Shown in pieces: positions 25,753 through 29,320 of a stretch of DNA of 29,320 nucleotides. Below the pieces are notes generated by a model, which searched no databases, was not told the origin of the DNA, and saw only the letters and a list, made by a program, of their open reading frames with translations. A program made the position numbers and the translations under genes. Position 1 is the first letter of the stretch, and every line of letters starts with the position of its first letter. The DNA lies in the NCBI GenBank assembly GCA_003135555.1, contig PLCF01000066.1:1-29320 (forward strand), in the 5' to 3' direction. This stretch comes from Vulcanimicrobiota bacterium (GTDB lineage Bacteria > Vulcanimicrobiota > Vulcanimicrobiia > Vulcanimicrobiales > Vulcanimicrobiaceae).

Positions 25753-26876
25753 CCAAGCCGAACCCGGTCGGCGCGCTCGTGACGCACCCGCTGCTCTGGA
25801 CGGCGCTGCTCTTTGTCGCGCTCCCGTTCGTCGCCGGCGCGAACCCGTTCGCCGGGCAGTGGAGCGGCTTCGTCGGGATCGCAACGACGATGGTCATCTT
25901 CGCGATCTTCGCCAGCGGCTTCAACCTGCTGTTCGGTCACGTCGGCGAGCTGTCGTTCGGCCACGCGATGTTCTTCACCATCGGCGCCTACGCGACGGCT
26001 CTGTACTCGAACGGCTTCAACATCATCGTGCTGGGGGTGCCGCTGCACCATGTTCGCACCGACAACCTCTTCATCGCGCTGGTCTTGTCCGTCGTCATCG
26101 CGCTGTTGTGGGCCTGGCTGCTGGCGCGCGTGGTCATCCCTCGCTCCAGCGGCATCTACTTCTCGATGATCACGCTGGCGTTCGCCCAGGTGATCTTCTT
26201 CGTCACCTACCGCTTCAGCGACCTGACCGGCGGCGAGGACGGCCTCCAGAACATCGCCCGCCCCAACCCGACCGGATACGGCTGGCTACAGGACTCGCTG
26301 CACTTCTACTGGTTCTGCGCGGCCGTCGTCTTCCTCGCGCTGTGCCTGCTCTACTGGGTTCTGGCCTCGCCGTTCGGAAGCGTACTGCACGCGATTCGTG
26401 AGAACAAGCAGCGCGCACGCTTCCTCGGGTACGACGTCGACAAGTTCCGCGTCAACGCATTCGTGCTCTCGGCCCTGTTCCCGGCGATCGGCGGCTGGTT
26501 GTGGACGTACTACCAGCAGGCGATCAATCCCGACGCCGGTTCGGTCGAATACTCCGGCCGGGTGGTGATGATGTCGCTGCTGGGCGGGATGCAGACCTTT
26601 CTCGGACCGATCCTCGGGGCGTCGGTGTATTACGAGCTGCAGAATAACGTCTCGCAGCTCACCAAGTACTGGGAAGCCTGGATCGGCATCGTGTTCGTGG
26701 TGTTCGTCCTGCTCGGACCGCGCGGGATCGTCGGCGTCTTCGACGACGTTCGCCACTACGGTTTCGCGACGGCGATCCGGCGTGTGTTCTCACGCACCGC
26801 GCGTGTCGAAACGGACATGAAGGAAGAGCTTCCGCCGGCGATCGAGGACCCCGTCGCCACCAAGGCGTCGTCGTAA
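25749..26876 (+). CDS. livM: Branched-chain amino acid ABC transporter permease LivM-like
   Basis: GTG 25749 overlapping the livH stop (GTGA); LSFGHAMFF; IYFSMITLAFAQ; TGGEDGL; AIRENKQRA. Confidence 0.9.
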   Translation: MTKPNPVGALVTHPLLWTALLFVALPFVAGANPFAGQWSGFVGIATTMVIFAIFASGFNLLFGHVGELSFGHAMFFTIGAYATALYSNGFNIIVLGVPLHHVRTDNLFIALVLSVVIALLWAWLLARVVIPRSSGIYFSMITLAFAQVIFFVTYRFSDLTGGEDGLQNIARPNPTGYGWLQDSLHFYWFCAAVVFLALCLLYWVLASPFGSVLHAIRENKQRARFLGYDVDKFRVNAFVLSALFPAIGGWLWTYYQQAINPDAGSVEYSGRVVMMSLLGGMQTFLGPILGASVYYELQNNVSQLTKYWEAWIGIVFVVFVLLGPRGIVGVFDDVRHYGFATAIRRVFSRTARVETDMKEELPPAIEDPVATKASS

Positions 26877-27674
26877 GTGGCGGTCGACATGACGGCGCCG
26901 CTCGACGCGCCGGAGCCCGCGGACAAGCCGGGCATCGTCTTTCGCACCGCCGGGCTTACGCGCCGCTTCTCCGGCTTCACCGCGGTCAACAACGTGACGC
27001 TCGAGATCCCCGAAGGCGGCGTGCGCACGATCATCGGCCCCAACGGCGCCGGCAAGACGACGTTCTTCAACCTTCTGTCGGGCCTGCTGCCGCCCAGCGA
27101 AGGGCGCATGTGGTTTCGCGACCGCGAGATTACGACGTTACGGGCCTACCAGCGCGCCCGGCTGGGCATCGCGCGCTCGTTCCAGATCACCAACATCTTC
27201 GGCCGCCTCAGCGTGTACGAGAACGTGCGGCTCGCGGTCCAAGCGGTCCACGACGGCAAGGCAAGTTTCTTCGTGCCGCGCGGCAGCATGGGCAACCTCG
27301 CCGAGAAGACCGAACGCGTGCTGCACGACGTCGGCTTGTACGACGTGCGCGACGCACGCGCTGAGAACCTGTCGCACGGGGACCAACGGCGCCTCGAGAT
27401 CGGGTTGGTGATCGCGAGCGATCCGCCGGTGCTCTTGCTCGACGAGCCGCTGGCCGGGATGTCGCCGACCGAAACGCAAGAGACCGTCGATCTCATCCAG
27501 CGCATCTCGCCGGGGCGTACCATCCTCTTGGTCGAGCACGACATCGACGTGGTGATGGCGATCTCGACCACGATCACCGTCTTTCAGACGGGCGCGGTGC
27601 TGGCGATCGGGACGCCCCAGGAGATCCGCGGCAACGAAGCCGTGCAACGCGCGTACCTGGGTGAGCTAGCATGA
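26877..27674 (+). CDS. livG: ABC transporter ATP-binding protein LivG-like
   Basis: GPNGAGKTT; RSFQITNIF; LSHGDQRRLEIG; LDEPLAGMSP; VEHD. Confidence 0.92.
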   Translation: MAVDMTAPLDAPEPADKPGIVFRTAGLTRRFSGFTAVNNVTLEIPEGGVRTIIGPNGAGKTTFFNLLSGLLPPSEGRMWFRDREITTLRAYQRARLGIARSFQITNIFGRLSVYENVRLAVQAVHDGKASFFVPRGSMGNLAEKTERVLHDVGLYDVRDARAENLSHGDQRRLEIGLVIASDPPVLLLDEPLAGMSPTETQETVDLIQRISPGRTILLVEHDIDVVMAISTTITVFQTGAVLAIGTPQEIRGNEAVQRAYLGELA

Positions 27675-28369
27675 CTCTACTCGAGCTCGACAACGTCAAC
27701 GCGTATTACGACAAGTCGCACGTGCTGCAGAACGTCTCACTGAAGGTCGAGGCGGGTCAGGTGGTCGCGTTGCTGGGCCGCAACGGCTCGGGCCGATCGA
27801 CGACCTGCAAGACGGTGATGGGGCTCGTGCCGGCGCGTACCGGGACGATCCGCTTCAAGGGCAAGGAGATCACCAACAAGAGCCCTTTCTCGCTGGCGCA
27901 AATGGGAATCGCGTTCGTCCCCGAGGATCGGCGCATTTTCCCCAACCTCACCGTCGGCGAGAACCTGCGGCTGGCCTCCCTCGCCGGGCGCAAGGGTGCC
28001 TGGACCGAGAAGCGCATCTACGACTACTTCGAAGTGCTGGGCGAGCGCCGTGACAAGCCGGCCAAGCTCTCCGGCGGCGAGCAGCAGATGCTCGCCATCG
28101 CCCGCGCGCTCGTCGCAAACCCGGAGATCATCCTGCTCGACGAGCCGATGGAAGGTCTCGCCCCGCTCATCGCGCGCAGCGTCGAAGAGGTGGTCCGCAA
28201 CATCCGCAGCGAGGGCAACACGATTCTGCTCGTCGAGCAGAACGCCCAGGTGGCGATGAGCCTCAGCGATACCGGATACGTGCTTTCGAACGGCCGCGTC
28301 GTCGGCTCGGGAACCATCGCCGAGCTACGCGCGGACGAGACGATGATGCACCGCTACCTCGCGGTCTAG
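27671..28369 (+). CDS. livF: ABC transporter ATP-binding protein LivF-like
   Basis: GRNGSGRST (K-to-R Walker A variant); VPEDRRIF; LSGGEQQMLAIARAL; VEQN. Confidence 0.92.
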   Translation: MTLLELDNVNAYYDKSHVLQNVSLKVEAGQVVALLGRNGSGRSTTCKTVMGLVPARTGTIRFKGKEITNKSPFSLAQMGIAFVPEDRRIFPNLTVGENLRLASLAGRKGAWTEKRIYDYFEVLGERRDKPAKLSGGEQQMLAIARALVANPEIILLDEPMEGLAPLIARSVEEVVRNIRSEGNTILLVEQNAQVAMSLSDTGYVLSNGRVVGSGTIAELRADETMMHRYLAV

Positions 28370-28370
28370 G

Positions 28371-29012
28371 GTGGCCGACGAGAGCGCGCAGGACCGAAAC
28401 CGGTTCACCCGGCGCCTCGAGGGGTTCAGCGACATCGTTTTCGGGTTCGCGCTGGCGCAGAGCGCCTTCGCTCTGGAGATCCCCAAGACGCTCGACGGGG
28501 TGTATGCAAAGTCGGGCGATCTGTTCTTCTTTGCGGTCACCTTCGCGGTCATCGCCGCATTTTGGATCATGCACTACCGCGTGTTTCACTATGCCTTCGC
28601 AGGCGGCCGAATCGACGTCATTCTGAACTTCGTCCTGCTCGCCGCGGTGGCGTTGCTGCCGTACGTGCTGCGCCTCTACATCCAGTTTCCGGATTCGGTC
28701 ATCGGTTCTGCAGCGTACGCCGCCGAGCTGGGCGTCGGGTTCTCCTTGCTCGCAGCGCTGGAGATCCGCGGGCTGCGCGCTTTGGGTCCGTCGATGGCGC
28801 CCAAGCCGCTGCTCACGATCCGGCGCGCATCCTGGCGGCACGCCGTCGCCGGCGGGGTGTTCCTGCTGTCGCTCGTGTTCATCGCGCTATTCGGGCTCGT
28901 CGGCCGAGTCGCGTGGGGCGCGGTTCCGCTGGCGATGATCGTCGGGAGGGTCATGGAGCGCGTGCAAGCCGGTCGCGCCGCCCCGGGCCCCGCCGCAGCC
29001 GGCCGGTCCTAG
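28371..29012 (+). CDS. TMEM175-family (DUF1211) membrane protein / putative K+ channel
   Basis: RLEGFSDIVFGFA (RxxxFSD motif); FWIMHYRVF; about six TM helices. Confidence 0.82.
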   Translation: MADESAQDRNRFTRRLEGFSDIVFGFALAQSAFALEIPKTLDGVYAKSGDLFFFAVTFAVIAAFWIMHYRVFHYAFAGGRIDVILNFVLLAAVALLPYVLRLYIQFPDSVIGSAAYAAELGVGFSLLAALEIRGLRALGPSMAPKPLLTIRRASWRHAVAGGVFLLSLVFIALFGLVGRVAWGAVPLAMIVGRVMERVQAGRAAPGPAAAGRS

Positions 29013-29162
29013 CATGCAGTGGCGCGGCGCGGTCCCGACGGGTTACGTCGATGCTCGCCGCCGGCGCCCAGTTTGTGGTGCGGCGCTTCGGGCTCCCCGC
29101 CGACTGGCTCCCGGCAGCGCCGAGCGTAACCTCCGGTCCCCCGGTGGTATCGTAGAGCCCGT

Positions 29163-29320
29163 ATGGTAACCGCGGAAGTTGTGCGCGATGCGCTCAAGGA
29201 CGTCCAGGATCCCGAGCTCCTGATGGGGATCCTCGACCTCGGGCTCGTCTATGACGTCGCCTGCGAGGGCAGCCAGGGCGAAGACGTGACCGTCGTGATG
29301 ACGCTGACCTCGCCGATGTG
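29163..29320 (+). CDS. Metal-sulfur cluster assembly factor (SufT/PaaD/DUF59), partial
   Basis: Manual translation MVTAEVVRDALKDVQDPELLMGILDLGLVYDV...MTLTSPM(C): DPE..I.DLGLVY and MTLT.P.C signature; runs off the window end. Confidence 0.9.
   Translation, partial: MVTAEVVRDALKDVQDPELLMGILDLGLVYDVACEGSQGEDVTVVMTLTSPM

Noticed and set aside
27774..27803. Walker A GRNGSGRST (Lys to Arg) as a sign of a livF pseudogene
   Set aside because: The rest of the gene is intact and in operon context; I recall GRST variants in this LivF subfamily.

Overview
High-GC bacterial chromosomal window; a tentative guess is Eremiobacterota/WPS-2-like, from recalled protein families only. It is mostly housekeeping and transport genes: a TetR-linked efflux operon (STAS+LolA-like fusion, TetR, HlyD/EmrA adaptor, partial TolC), a class-A-beta-lactamase-like serine hydrolase, two Liv-type ABC transporter operons, a WYL regulator, a Tat-type solute-binding protein, a BlaI / M56-pentapeptide / secreted-pentapeptide module, two paralogous secreted proteins, a SWIM-SNF2 helicase with a class-3 LAGLIDADG intein, clpC, a TMEM175-like channel and a partial SufT/DUF59 gene. 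The standout is the ~1.45 kb non-coding interval 8721-10174. It holds four tandem, diverged units, each made of phased DnaA-box-like GTGGAnAA repeats, a sigma70-type promoter and a 160-215 nt structured RNA with covarying stems. I could not match this RNA to any family I know. A ~65 bp palindromic element also occurs twice, once intergenic and once inside the M56 coding sequence.
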